This document shows positions 26,336 to 40,380 of a DNA stretch of 64,000 bases, one piece after another. The number at the start of each line of letters is the position of its first letter. The first letter of the stretch is position 1. The stretch comes from Camelus ferus (taxonomy: Eukaryota). Position numbers and translations under genes: made by a program. The stretch spans positions 118,732,001-118,796,000 of the forward strand of contig NC_045697.1 of the NCBI RefSeq assembly GCF_009834535.1, given 5' to 3'. The notes below the pieces were generated by a model, which saw only the letters and a list, made by a program, of their open reading frames with translations, ran no database searches and was not told the origin of the DNA.

Positions 26336-29300
26336 ATTTATTTATATAAAAATCACATCTCTAGTATTATTCCTACCAACAGGTAAGAACACAGGCATGG
26401 AGATGTTAAAAAAAAAAGACCCTACCAGGGTAGTACAGAGACTGCATGAGGGAGCTTGTGAGATTTCACCCCTGGGCACCATTGTTCCACCTGCAAAGTA
26501 GCTCAATTTGATTTTACTGGAATAAAGAGGATAATGTGGATCAGGGTAAAATATTCTCACTGTTCATTTTAGGGATAATAATCCTAATAAAACTCATTTT
26601 ACTCAGCACCTAACTTGCGCTCTATCTGCTAGCTTAATTGAAATAATAATGGACTAGCATTTATAACTCAATTATTTTTCTTTTCTATTTTCTTTCCACT
26701 ATCAGGAAAAAAAATAAATGCAAATTATTTATAATTTAGGTATAAGTGGAAAATGGAAAGTAAATAAATACCACACATCATCAACCTCATTTGAGGAAAA
26801 TTCTCTTCAGTGTCACCTTGAATTTTATTTTAGTTGGTGAATTATTTTGTCTGGCAGAGGAACAGGCACTGTGACAAACAAGAGTGTTTAATATTTTCTA
26901 TGAACATACATATATTCATGTATAACTGAAAAATTGTGCTCTACACTGGAATTTGACACAACATTGCAAAATGACTATTACTCAATAAAAAAAAAGTTAA
27001 TATAAACAAATATTTTCTTTGAAATTTGTCAACTTTCAATGAGAAATTAAATGCCCATTTTTAAAAGCTACTCTGTTCCTACAGTAACATGTTCGGGTAT
27101 GTTATCACCAAAGAGCTTCTCCGTGTGGGGAGAATTCCAGTTCTAGAGGAGTTGATGATGGAAATAGCTGTGACTTGCACATTCTGATGCTTGCTTGCTC
27201 CTCTGACTTCAAGCATAATTCTCCACACTCCTTCTTTCTCACACATCTTTGATTTGGTTTTTGACTAACAAAAATGAATGACAGTCTGTTTTTGACATTT
27301 ATGTGTGTGACACGTTGAGTTAAAAGAAAGAAGAGATGCGAAAAGCAGAAGGACCAGTGCAAGTCAGCCTTCCCAGGGCAGTTTGATCCCTTGATGGTCA
27401 TGCTGGTTCAAAAGGAGGCTCTGAGCTTTGCAGGTAAAGAAACATATTGTCACCTGACACAGAGGCGATAAAGCAAAGGAAACGTGATACACTTCATCTG
27501 AATTCATAAACCAACCCCAGTTGTTACCCCTGTGAATGGTTCATGCATTCTTCACCTAATAAGGAAAGGATGTCATGAAATTACCATCTAAAAATGTCTG
27601 TTACCATGGGATTGGGAAGTTATGGAAGGGTACTTTTATCAAACTCATCATCATCTACGTGAGCATTTTTAATGTGACAAGAATAGGACTATGAGGCAAA
27701 CTAGAATACTTCTGATCAACAGCACTGAAGACACAATAAAAAATTCTTATTGACAAATGTTCCTTTTTATATAATCCATGAAAGGTGGCGTGGATGTAGA
27801 ATCAGGAACGTGGCCTGAGAGTCACATTTTGCTTTTGTTCTGTAATCTTGAGTGAAATCTCTTCAAATCTCAATTTCCTCGCCTAGAATGGGAGCAATAA
27901 TATTTTGTTCACAGAGCTTTGAGATTAGGAAGTTCAACAACAAAACCAAATATGCCCAGTGCCTCATGTGAAAAAAGGGCTTTTCTCCTTTTTTCAGATC
28001 ATTGTTTTCGATGGATGTTCGCATCACTCCAGTCAGAAGGCTAGAAATCATATCGCCTTGTTTTTCTATGTTTCCAAACCTTGAACATCAGCTTAGTTAT
28101 AAATCATAGATTAGTGGGGGACAGTTCTCTATCAATCAATCTGATAGATTAAGTGTTATTTCTTACCATTGCTTCCCTTTCAGAGAGTAACTTTCTTTTA
28201 AAGATCTTAGAACTGCACACAATAGCCTTCAACATAACAGTTAAACTGACTGGATAATATTCAACTGTTGTTGACTTTTGATGCTCATGTACTATTTCCT
28301 AAAATAAAAGGCATCTTAAAATAAAATGCATCTTAAAATGAAAGGCAAACAAAATGACACATTCAACTAAATATTAATTCATCTATTAAAACATGAGAAG
28401 AACGTAGTTTTAAATTGTGCTTAAATTTACAGCTTTTTTTTTTTCCAAGGAAAGGTTAATGGCATAATTTGGTGCAGACAAGTGTTAACAAAGCCTTGCT
28501 AACTGATATAGGTTAGGGAATTCAAATACATTCAGCTTGGGAAATGGGACACACTTTCTTTGCTTGATTATCTGCAATCAATCTTGCAAGCTAGTTTGAG
28601 AACAGTTTAAGAAGAATATTTGAGTGTATGTTGAAAACTTGGGACTTTAGGGTCAGCCCAGGCCCTAACATACCTAACGGTGTGTGGCTCCGTGACGTTA
28701 CATTATTTCTCAGCTTCCACGTCAATAGAGCTGAAATGTTGGGCGTCTACCGGATGTAGCCGACTTAACCCTGCAAGTGGCTAAATTACTGCTCAGTGCT
28801 TTTTAGTGACTGCAGTGATCAGCTAAGGCTAGGACCTTAGCCCCAAAGCGCACAAGCCAACCTACATATACACATCCACCTAAGTATGTCCACAAAGACA
28901 CTTATAAACAAGCAACACATGAAACAGCCACAACACAAAAGTGAACAGGCTCTCACTGAAATCAGTGAGAACAGATGAGATATCTGGTGTGGCACACAGC
29001 TAAAATGACAAGAAACGTCCCCCCCACCCCACCCCCTACTCATAAAGGGGGTTTGTGTCCACATAATTAATGAGATGTGTCACCATCCATCGAGGTCAAC
29101 ATACAGCATTGTGGCTGCTGGCTGCAGAAGCAACACGGAAAAGTCAGCTAGTGGCAAAGACATGTCACTCTCTATTATTACTAAGAGCACAAAATAGACT
29201 CTCTGATTGTAAAGTCCTTTCCCAGTTTAAATTTAGCAGCATGTTCCTTCTGATATTGAAGTTTCGCACTTTGACAATTTTACATCAGACAGAACGGTTT

Positions 29301-29649
29301 TGCATCATGAGCGGTAAGTTAGCTGAGAAAGCCAAGGGAAATTTTTCCAAAAAGATATGAATTCCCTCTGGTAACTCTGTCCTTTCCAGAGAGCAAAATG
29401 GAGTTAAATAAAATTCATGACATGTGAAAAACAAAACTATGTTATCACCATTTCAAGTTCAGGAACTTAGGCTGTTTTTCTAAGATGGCAAACCAGCACA
29501 TGGGGATGGAATTAGCTGTCATCTTTTGGAAGAGCTGTTAGACATACAAATGCTAGTTTAGGGCAGCGCCATAGCCCCACTTAAAGACTGCAGTAAAATA
29601 CATAAGCAATCCTTCATATTTCATTGAAGTTTTATGGATTAAAAGTCAA

Positions 29650-29880
29650 TTATTTGGGAGTTTGAGATTTGTAAGTGCTAACTACTATATATAAAAATAG
29701 ATAAAAGATAAACTTCTTCTGTATAGCACAGGGACCTATCTTCAGTATCTTGTAATAACCTTTAATAAAAAAAGAATATGAAAATGAATATATGTGTGTG
29801 TGTGTGTGTGTGACTGGGACATGATGCTGTACACCAGAAACTGACACATTGTAACTGACTGTATTTCAATAAATAAAACA
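29650..29880 (+). mobile_element. L1 3'UTR fragment
   Basis: Near copy of 24985-25200 (gggagtttgagatttgtaa...ctgtatagcacagggac...tttcaataaataaaa). Confidence 0.85.
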
Positions 29881-30534
29881 AGAAATCAGGCTTTTATTTT
29901 TGCCCCTCTGGTCCTGCATTTCCACCCTGTGTGCAAACTCTTTGTGTCCACACTATGTGGAGCACAATCTAAAGCCATCTGTTGGCTGGCATGGATCCAC
30001 ATCCATACAGAACATTTTAGCAGGAATCCCACTCCTTGTTCATCCCACTAAAAGGCCCTGTGAGCCTCACCTGGATTGAGACCATCAACTGGCTGTTCTG
30101 GTAGCGTAGCCCCAACTCTCCTGCCGGGCTGGAGAAAACCTAACAGGAGTGGAGGCAGGTGCCTCCACAAAGCCATGGTCTCCAGCCCCACCAGCCCCAC
30201 CTGTGTCTTTGGTGCAACCCAGAAACCCCTTTATGTCCAGCCGGCTCTCCCACTGCCCTCAACAGATTCTCCCAAGTACGACCTTAGCATCCAAACCTAC
30301 CACCCTGCCACTCCTCCTCACTTACAGACACATTTTCTGTGTCATCTCATTTTCACTTCATTCATTTCTCTCTCTTTATTGCTGAAAGAGAAACCTTTAA
30401 AGGAGGTCTCCCCTCTTGAACTGCATAACCCACAGGAACTTCAGTTCTTCCTTTCTTCCCTCTCAGTAGAGGTAGAGGCATCTCTTGCTGCCGAAGGGAA
30501 ATCTAGCCACCCTTCTCCTCCATTGTCATTCCGT

Positions 30535-30782
30535 TTTTTTTTTTTTTTTATTATTTTTTTATTGAAGTACTGTCAGTTACAATGTGTCAATCTCTGGTGT
30601 TCAGCACAATGTCCCAGTCATGCATATACATTCATAGATTTGTTTTCATATTCTTTTTCATTAAAGGTTATTACAAGCTATTGAATCTAGTTCCCTGTAC
30701 TGTATAGAAGAGATTTGGGGTTTTTTAAATCTATTTTTATATATAGTGGTTAATATTTGTGAATCTCAAACTCCCAAATTTA
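30535..30782 (-). mobile_element. L1 3'UTR fragment
   Basis: Poly-T, then attgaagtactgtcagttacaatgtgtc...ctcaaactcccaaatt; antisense of the same 3'UTR type. Confidence 0.85.
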
Positions 30783-32974
30783 CTGCAGAGAACCAGCCCT
30801 CTGCAGATACCAAGGGCGACTGCACGCCAGCGTGAGGGGGTCCTTTCTGACAGGGAGGAGCACTTTGTTGCTGATAATGTTAACAGTCACCAGCACGGTG
30901 ATAACAATGCCATCCTGATGTTTGCTGGTTTTATTATTTTTAATTCTCTAATGACAACATGTCCCTAACTAGCCAGCACCAGGGTAAACAGACCTTACTG
31001 CCGCCACTACTGGTCACCCCACTTGTGTGTGCGTATTTATTCACCAATAAGCAGTATTATCAAAAGGCAGTTTTCTCACAGTGCAGCATCACTGTGGAAG
31101 AGGTATCCACCCCTGAGCCTTCTGTGAAGCAAGGCAACTGTTCGTGCCAAGCTATCAAAACTGAAATACGTATCCAATATCCCCTCTAACACTTATCAGA
31201 GAGAGCTGTCCACTGGCTCAGGGCTCAGTTCAAAAATGAAAGACAAGCCAGCGCATTCCTGTTACCGCCCTCCCCACAAGGAGACCCCTGCCCCTGTGAA
31301 AGCACTCCCTCTCCAGGACACTGTAGAGACACCAACATGAGAAACACCTAAGTTCCATGGCTTTTAGGAACCATGATCACTGTCTGGATGGCCGCAGACA
31401 CTGCCCCACTTCCAAGCTGGCCTGGTCCCCAGCGCGGCACGCCCCTGGTGCCCATCCCGGCACCTCCTGGGGGCTGAGGCTGGCTCCCCTGTGCTGCGCC
31501 CAGATGCTTCTCCTCCCTCCCGCAGAGAGGGGGCTCTTGATCTCTGTCTGTCCCTGGCAGGTCACTGTTTACTGCTCTCCTCCCTGCGGACACAGGGCAC
31601 TGGAGCTGCTGCCTTCTCTGCTGCTGATAAATTAATCAGCAAGCTTAGCTGCTTAAACGGTTTGGCAGGACTCTGAAATCCTCTCACTTGGTGACTGCCA
31701 TGAAGGCGAATGTGTTCATGCATTTCACAGGACCTGTATTTTTAGATCAATGACCTTTGGGTGTATGATTCATTCTGATTTCATTTTTCTCCCAGTGGGT
31801 GCAGTTTCACAGAAGCCTATTTAAAAACAATTCAGCAAGCAATGTTTTAAATGGACTATAATCTATTCTACACCTGTTTCCTTGGACTATTTTGATGGAA
31901 GTGGATGGTTCCTATGACATTAATACTAAATGCAGACATACAGAGTTATTGGCAATGCTGTTGAGGTCTTCAGATAACTAAGTACAGAAAGAACCTATCC
32001 TCAGAGCAGGCTTTTCTATTTATCGTATTTGTCCTAAATAATAAAACAAATGTGTTCACCAAGATCCTCACGGCTTTAACATTTTGATTTTTAAAAGACA
32101 GAACACATTAATAACTTGTATGCAAAGCCTTTCTGTAATTTCTATGTTTAGCTATAACCCTGTGGGGGAGCCTGCCTGGATAGAAAGTCACATTTGTCCT
32201 TGGGAGAACTGGTACCTTGACTAGTAGGGTCCAGATATACTAACTGTATTAAACCCCACTTTGGGGATGCGATGGTGCTGCCCCATCCCAACATGTGAGG
32301 AATCCATCACAAAGTGATGGGGAGCTCTGCACAAGAGGATTCCTGCGGAGAACAGAATGAGCTTGTCAGCCACTAAAAATAGCACAGGATATTTATCAAA
32401 AAAAATTTTTGGCCATATAAGTAATACAAATAATCTTAGAGAAAATGTGCTGGTTTTTATCCTAGGATAATATTGAGTTTCTATGGGTATTTGTGTGCTG
32501 GCAGGGAAAGGTAGCAGGAACGTGAGTTATTTTTACATAGTTATGCCCACAATAGCACCAAGCGACTTACCAGATGCAGCCTAAGATCATTTGATGACCT
32601 GAAGGTTCCAAGAGTATTTTTTCAACTCTTCAAAATCGCTGAGTTTTGAGGACACTTGGTGAAGTGCCGGCTATGTTCTAGCGGACGCCCCACATAATCC
32701 ACCACCACCTTCTCCCACACACATGCCAGACACTGGTGCTTTTCATTTTCAAAGTGAATCTGTATCCTGAATTAAACTATTGGACAGTCAATGCTAGTAA
32801 AACTAAAAGGTGGTTGTGAAAGGCTCGCATCACACAGTGGTGCACGCTGACCTCCCTGGTGGTTACACTCGGAGGCACCTGTGCGGACCTGCTATCTGAA
32901 CACTGGGAAACATACTCCTGAGTTGTTTTTTTTCCCATTTGTGGCATTACATATATTTTATTTCTGTTCACCCT

Positions 32975-33156
32975 TTCTTTTTAAATTTTTCATTATTATT
33001 TATTTACTTTTTTTGTTTGGGTTTTTGGGGGGAGGGAGTAATTAGGTTTATTTGTTTATTATTATTATTTTTTTGTTAAATGGAGGCACTGGGGATTGAA
33101 CCCAGGACCTCGTGCATGCTAAGCACACACTCTACCACTGAGCTCTACCCTCCCCC
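32975..33156 (-). mobile_element. tRNA-Ala-derived SINE (camelid vic-1-like)
   Basis: Reverse complement of gggggagggtagagctcagtggtagagtgtgtgcttagcatgcacgaggtcctgggttcaatccccagtgcctcca, with A and B boxes and an A-rich tail. Confidence 0.8.
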
Positions 33157-34210
33157 TGTTCTCACTTCCCTGACTTACTTTATGATCAAATGTATGCCTC
33201 TGTGAGAATCTGTTCCAGGTCATGGATCTAATGTATGGTCACAAGATGGCAAAAATACAAGTAATTTATACAGGGAAGAATCCAACCGGTATCATTATTC
33301 TTATTTTAATTATATTTGTTTATTTTTCAACACATTAAATATTCTCAGTGAAAAAGACTGCACGCCTTTGAAAGGGTGATATGTTTTCTTTATGTAACAG
33401 AGCTTCTGTAGAGAAAATATATTTTAGTCGCAACCATGTCATGGAACAGAAATGAGGAAGGACATGGGAAAGTTAAGAGTTTAGCCAAAAGTTGCATGAG
33501 TCAAAACACTGATGTGAACTCACAGGGACTCCCAGAGCTTGTGCAGACCTGCAGATGCATGAACACACTGGGCAACTGCTCGCCCTCCACAATCTGGGAA
33601 CGTCTTCTGTTTCTATATTTGGTAAGCAAAGGTCATCCTGCACTTACTCACCATTTCACGCCAACAATCGCTCTGGAATCTCTGCTGTACTACCGGTAAT
33701 TGTGTATAATTCTACCCACGAGAGAGCCTGTGAAAGATGAAGTCATTAAATTGAGATGAGATTAAGGTCAACACCATCATATTGTCAAAAAAGCAAAAAT
33801 GCAATTTTAAAACAAAAGTTATTGTCAAGACACACTGTACCATAGAAAGAAACCAAGAATCAGGGAAACTAAGTTCCAGTTTGAGGTGTGCCAAGCTGTC
33901 CTGTGCCTTTACAGGAGTCACATAACATCTCTGGGCTTTATTTCCCTTATATAGCGAGTGAGTGGAACTGAATTCTCTGAGTCTCTTTCTATTTGTAGCA
34001 TTTTTATTTGTAGATATAAGTCCAGGTCTAGATTTCCTAGCATCTCTTTTTGGAAGCTATAAGATGAACAGGCAAATCCTGGAGATCCTTTACCCATGTG
34101 AGATTTAGTTTAAGAAGGAGGGGCTTCTTGTCCCAAAGAATCATTTTATGCTTCTGCAGAAAAAGATGCTTCAACAAGGCATTGAAATTTTCTTAAATGA
34201 AAATGACTTC

Positions 34211-35411
34211 TTTTTACAGGTAGCTGCCCAGTTTTCCCAGCACTGTTTATTGAAGAGACTGTCTTTTCTCCATTGCATATTCTTGCCTCCTTTGTCATAG
34301 GTTAATAGACCATACATGCGTGGGTTTATTTCTGGACTTTCTATCATGTAAAAGAATGAAATCAAAGCATTCTCTAAAACCATACACAAAGGTATGCTCA
34401 GAATGGATTAAAGACCAGATACTATAAAACTCCTAGAGGAAAATATAGACAGAATACTCTTTGACATAAATTGCAGCAATATTTTTTTGAACCAGCTCCT
34501 AGAGTAATGGAAACAAAGGCAAAAATAAACAAATGGAACCTAATTAAACTTAAAAGCTTTTGTACCACAAAGGAAACCATAAACAAAATGAAAAGACAAC
34601 CCACAGGATGGGAGAAAATATTTGCAAATGATGCAATGATAAGGGGCTAATTTCCAAAATATACAAACAGCTCATACAGCTTAAAAAAAAAATCCAAAAA
34701 TTGGCCGAAGACCTAAAAAGACATTTCTCCAAAGAAGACATCTAGATGGCCAACAGGCACATGAAAAGATGCTTAGTATCACTAATTATCAGAGAAATGC
34801 AAATCAAAACCATGATGAGATATCCCCTCACATCAGTCAGCCATCATTAAAAAGTCCACAAATGATAAATGCTGGAAAGATGTGGAGGAAAGGGAACCCT
34901 CCTATACTGTGGGTGGGAATGTAGTTTGGTGCATGGAGAACAGTATGGAGAGTCCTTAAAACACTAAAAATAGACTTACCATATGACCCAGCAATCCCAC
35001 TCCTGGGCATACATCCAGAGAAAACTATAATTCAGAAAGGCACAAGCACCCCAGTCCTCACAGCAGCACTAGTCTATTTACAATAGCTAAGACATGCAAT
35101 CACCCTAAATGTCCATCTACATATGACTGGACATAGAAGTTGTGGTGTATTTATACAATGAAATATTACTCAACTATAAAAAAGAATGAAATGATGCCAT
35201 TTGCAGCAACAGATATGGACCTAAAGATTATCAAATTGAATGAGGTAAGTCAGAGAAAGACATATATATATCACTTATATGTGGAATCTCAAAAAGTGAT
35301 AGAAATTTTATTTATAAACCAAAAATAGACCCATGGATGTAGAAAACATACTATGGTCACCAAAGGGGAAAGGGCAGGGGAAAGATAGATTAGGAATTTG
35401 GGATTCACACA

Positions 35412-35445
<34 letters not shown>

Positions 35446-35642
35446 TGTATATAAAATACATAAACAGCGAGGACCTACTGTATAGCACAGGGAACTACAT
35501 TAAATTTCTTGTAATAATATATAATGGAAAAGAATCTGAAAAAATATATATGTGCATATGTGAATAACTGAATCACTTCACTCTACACCTGAAACTAACA
35601 CTGTAAATCAACTAGACTTCAATAAAAAATAAAATTTAAAAA
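34211..35642 (+). mobile_element. L1 with 5' inversion (ORF2 3' part plus 3'UTR)
   Basis: 34211-34345 is antisense ORF2 (IESPEINP...[17 protein letters not shown]). From 34346 the sense strand resumes at the next ORF2 residues and runs to aataaaaaataaaa. Contains an internal (CA)n at about 35407-35441. Confidence 0.9.
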
Positions 35643-35768
35643 ACCTACTTCCCTCTTGTTCATAGTCATGCTATTTGAAAGACTGCAAAAATTCTCTACT
35701 TTGGGTTAAAAAAAAGTAAAAGGAGGCAGTAAAATACAAGTGTCACCTGGATGAACAAATATGCTAGA

Positions 35769-37130
35769 CTGAGTTCTTTATGATTTTGATCCTGGAACTC
35801 TTTTATACCTTAAACATGTTTTTGAGGATCCCAAAGACTTCTGTTTATGTGGAACATATACATAAATGCAATGTTAGAAATTAAAAATGAGGCAGTTTAA
35901 AAATATTTCATAATGTGCTTTAAATAATAACAAACCTGTTAGAAATTTACAAATAATGTATTTTGTGAAAAGTAACTATCTTTTTCCAAACCAAAAAAAA
36001 AAAAAAAATTATTGAGAAGGATGGCATTGTTTCATATTTCATACTTGTCTTTAGTGTCTGGCTCAATAGATTACAGCTACATTCTCATATTTACTGCTGA
36101 ATTCCATCTATTTTAATGTGGTATTTTGGTTGAAGCATTTGAAGACAATTTGACCTCTCCCAGATATAGTTGGAAATAAAGAGGAATATTTTAACAATCC
36201 TTTCAGATAATTCTGAATATTCTTTCTGATACTACACAAAAATGTAACAAGTTCTATTTTTTAAAGGCTAGCTGCAATGTGGAGTCCAAGTCATATTAAT
36301 AACTTTGTTTTCTGGTACATTTAAAGCCACTGCTCTATCTTGCAATCTGAATGGGCCTTCTCCTGTGCTTTATTTTGTAATGTCATGCAGTAGTCATTTG
36401 AAAAACATTTTGAAAAATTATAAAGCCCTTCCAAATTCAATATACAATATCAGAACATCACATTCACTAATATTATCATCAATCTTATCAGGAAGGCCTT
36501 TAACTCCTGAGACAGTGCCGAAGATCTCAGTTGCTGAGAAGTTTTCCAAAACTAACTTTTGCTTGATAGCTTGGAGTTTACCATGGACAACAGTGCTGCT
36601 TGGTTCCATCTGCTCACTTTTACAGAAATATCTGTCCAGCGCCCAGGCGTGAATAACCGTAGCTTGTCAGTTATTCTTTCAAATAAAGATGTGTTTCTAA
36701 TAAAGGAGCAGCCAGTTCAGCTCACAACTTAATCACATGGGAGCTTTTTCTAAAGACAGCCATTCCACTTTGGAATGCAAACGGAAGTTTTTTTATGGGA
36801 CCTTCCCAATCAGTCACGTGGAATGTTAAAAAGACTTGTCCTCGAGGCCTGAAATTTAATAAAATAAATAATGTTCACTGCTTCATCAAAAACTTTCTTA
36901 AATGAAATTGACCTTTAAAAAAAAATAGTTAATTTGTGGCAGTCAAGTGTCCAGTGAGTACCAGTGCATTTTGGTGTCACCTTTGATTTACACTAAGATG
37001 CAACAGTGTACTCAGCATTGCTTCTACACCATTGCTGCAGATAGAGTGAACAAGGCAAATCCGGAGCCATTACAGTGATCTCAGGGACCTGTGGCCCTAG
37101 AGTTCTGTGGTCAAAGCTTGAGAACTGCTG
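35769..37130 (-). mobile_element. Charlie1(a)-like hAT DNA transposon, decayed
   Basis: The left end resembles the reverse complement of the Charlie1 3' end (tttgaggatcccaaagacttctgtttatgtgg). The right end reads aagcttgagaactgctg. The interior is transposase-like with no intact ORF. Confidence 0.75.
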
Positions 37131-38302
37131 TAGAAGATTAGAGATCAAATGGATGTGTTATCAGATGACTCTGAGCAGGAGCATCCTAGCTGGATCGCCC
37201 GGCAGCCTCAGCAGGCAGCACTGGGCAGCTGGAGGTCAAGAGATAAGAGAAGGGAGGGGCTGTTAGAGAAAACAGCAGTAGAGAGTCTTCTACAGGGTAT
37301 TCAGTACCCTGTACAGCGGAGTGTCCCCAGGGGCCCCTCCTCATCCCACGTGGATGGCTGCAGGTTAACGGAACGATGAAATCATCAGAATCTGAGGGTG
37401 GCTTTAAGTCTTGGGTTTTTCCTGTGGACTTAGGCAAAGCATATAATATCCCCCAAAGTGTGCATCCTGTCCTCAGTAACATGTGGATGTACCTAACTTA
37501 ACCATCTCAGATGTACGGAAAGCCTTACAATTTGTCCTTTCTAACTAGCAAATCCACTTCAGTGACATTATCAAAAAATACAAGGCCAGGAAACTGGTAT
37601 GCACAGAGGAGTTTCCTCCTCCCTGTAAACTATAAAGACCTCCAGTCCACCAAAAGCAAATAAACCAAAACAAAAAATTAAAGAGCAATGGCAAATCTGC
37701 TCTGAGATGTCCTGTAGCATTTTCACGCTCACTATGGGAGGCTGGTCCAGGAACGCGTGTCCTGGACCTAGCAACAGGTAGCTCGTTACTTCTGACTTCA
37801 ACAAATGGAGGCTTATTTTTCCAACCCGACAGGTTGTCCAAGGCGGGTGGCTGCTGGCTGGCTCTGGTTCAGCTGCTCAGCAAGGCATCCAGAGCCCAGG
37901 CTCCCACCGTCCAGCTTTGTCACAAGCACCCCATTGACAGTGAGTAGCCATCAGTCAGTCAGGTCAGTTGACAGTGTTAAGGGCAAGCATAGGAATAAGC
38001 AATCTGTTAGCCTAAGTGTGGCCATTTTATTATCCTCCTTCAGTATCTCAGGTGCTGTCTTGGGCCATTTCAGGGAGTTAGTTTCCTAGCTAACCCCCCC
38101 CCCCATGCTTAAAGGAGATAAACCTGTTGTTAAACTTGTTTGTACAGTAATGTAAGGATAGTTAACACCACAAAACTGTACACTTAAAATGATTTAAATG
38201 GTGTCATGTTATGCATTTTAATCACAATTTTAAAAAAAGGATGTAAGAATGTGATACTGATACAGTTTACAATGTTAATGAACACTGAAAATATCCTTGG
38301 TG

Positions 38303-38434
38303 GGGGGGAGGCTCTAGCTCAGTGGTAAAGCACATGCTTCGCATGCACAAGGTCCTAGGTTCAATCCCCAGGACCTCCATTAAAACGAAAGAAAGAAAGA
38401 AAAGAAAAGAAAATCCAACCAAAATTTTAAAAAA
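38303..38434 (+). mobile_element. tRNA-Ala-derived SINE (camelid vic-1-like)
   Basis: ggggggaggctctagctcagtggtaaagcacatgcttcgcatgcacaaggtcctaggttcaatccccaggacctcca plus an A-rich tail. 16-bp TSD gaaaatatccttggtg / gaaaagatccttagtg. Confidence 0.85.
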
Positions 38435-39044
38435 GAAAAGATCCTTAGTGAAAAAATCCACAAAGGAAAGTCCTCCCAGCTCTCATGATCATCTTGTGTG
38501 CTTTAAATCCACCGAGGTTTCCAATGAGGTCTCGGTAACAGCTCCAGGAAATAGAACGTGCAGTTAGACCAACCGGTGAAAGCTAGAAGCGGGCCTGTGG
38601 GTTAACTTATAATGTGGAAACTAAATGCTTTCCTCCATTGTGGGCTATGTAAAAGTTCCTCTGGAGAGTGTACCTGTTTTGGATAAAACGCAATGCAGTA
38701 TTTTGTATGAAGGGGCAAATGTGGGTCCTTTTTACCATTATTGAAACTCTTCTAGATGCTTTTAATTACTGGAAATTACATTACTTTTCAAAACAACTGT
38801 ATCAATCCCATGCCAGAAAAGCAGAGAAAATAGACATCAAATTTGTTATAGAGACCAGGACCTCCCCAGGCCAAGGTCAACCAAAGCCGTGATGCTGACT
38901 GCCCACCTACGAGTCTACCTGTTATTAAGAGGCACCGTGGGAAGAGGATGCTAGCAGCCACCAGGCCTTGGGTCCTGTGGGTGACCAGGAATGTGGGAGA
39001 AACAGTGAGATTTTAAAATTACAATTTTTCACATCACTTTACAA

Positions 39045-39750
39045 AAAGTTGTCAGAATAAACAAATTCATTCAAGTTGAATATATAATCAATATACAAAA
39101 GTCAGCTGCACTTCTATATAACAATAGCAATCAGAAAGAAAAATAAATAATCACATTTACAACTGCATCACATAGAACAAACTAGGAATAAATTTAACCA
39201 AGGACATGAAAGACCTGTACTTAAAAATCTATAAAACATCAATAAAGAAATTAAAGAAGACACAGATAAACAGAAAAATATTCCGTACTTATGCATTGGA
39301 AGAATTACTATTATTAAAGTGTCAATTCTACCCGAAGCCATCAACAAATTCACTGCAATGCCAATATAATAGCCGATGGCATTTTTCATAGAAGTAGAAA
39401 TAACAACCCTATTATTAGTATGGAACAATTAAGGACCCTGAAACAGCCAAAGATTCTGAAAAAGAAAGACACAGCTGGGGGCATCTCCCTCCCTAACGTC
39501 AAACTGTATCACGGAGCTGTAGTAACAACAGGGAGCAACTGGCACACACACAGACACACGGACTAGAGGAACAGAACTGAGAGCCCAGAAATGAAGTCAC
39601 ATGGCTGAGGTCAGTCAATTCATGAAAACAGGGCCAAGGACATACTAAGAGGGAGGGGGAGTCCCCTCAAACAGTGCAGGGAAACCTGGACACCATACGC
39701 CAAAGCACATCACTGGTCACCACCTACATGGCACATAAAACCAACTAAAG
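39045..39750 (+). mobile_element. L1 ORF2 fragment
   Basis: actaggaataaatttaaccaagg...aaagacctgtac...tcaattctacccgaagccatc; ORF track MKDLYLKIYKT. Confidence 0.8.
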
Positions 39751-40380
39751 GCCTGCAATTTTCCACATCAAGCTCTTTCTCAGCGTCCTCCCCTCAGCAG
39801 TCAGCTGCACACAGGAAGCTGCTCCTCACTTGTCCTTTTTAAAAAAATTTATTTTACCTCTTATGTGACTCCTCACTGGCGATGCCCAAGAACGCTCAGC
39901 CACACTGTCTAGAAGCCTAAGCCGTGATGAGTTCCTAGGAGACAAAACTCCTGCCAGCTGTGCAAAGCGCCAGGCCCATGGGCAGAACGCACCTGTGCCA
40001 TCAGGTCAGAGATGTGGGTTTGGTGCCCCCCTGTGGGCCATCAGAGAAGTCGGGGAATGTGGTGCTCACAGAGCCCAGAGGCCTCACCCTAAAGGCAGTT
40101 TTGCTGTAGATGCTATGTTTGGAAATCTGAACAGAAAGACAGCCGCATATCTCACCATCTTGTCTCAAAAAAATGGTTAAGGAACAATTAATTAGAAATC
40201 ACACAGAATGAGTCTGTTTCTGTTTTGTATTTATGGGTCTTTTTTTTTTTTTTTTTTAGAATGAATAGAACATAGACACAAACTTTACAACTGACACCCA
40301 AATTCACCCCAAATTGCCCATAGACAAATTTAAATGACAAAAGTACAAAAAATGTAAAAGGAAACAGGAGTAAATACACA

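Noticed and set aside
30076..30684. 202-aa ORF
   Set aside because: It has a non-ATG start, ends in poly-T and antisense L1 3'UTR, and has no recognisable domain.
36305..36652. ORFs inside the Charlie element as an active transposase
   Set aside because: Short, interrupted or antisense frames in a decayed element.
38303..38380. Functional tRNA-Ala gene (also 33080-33156)
   Set aside because: The A-rich tail, target-site duplication and stem mismatches indicate SINE copies.
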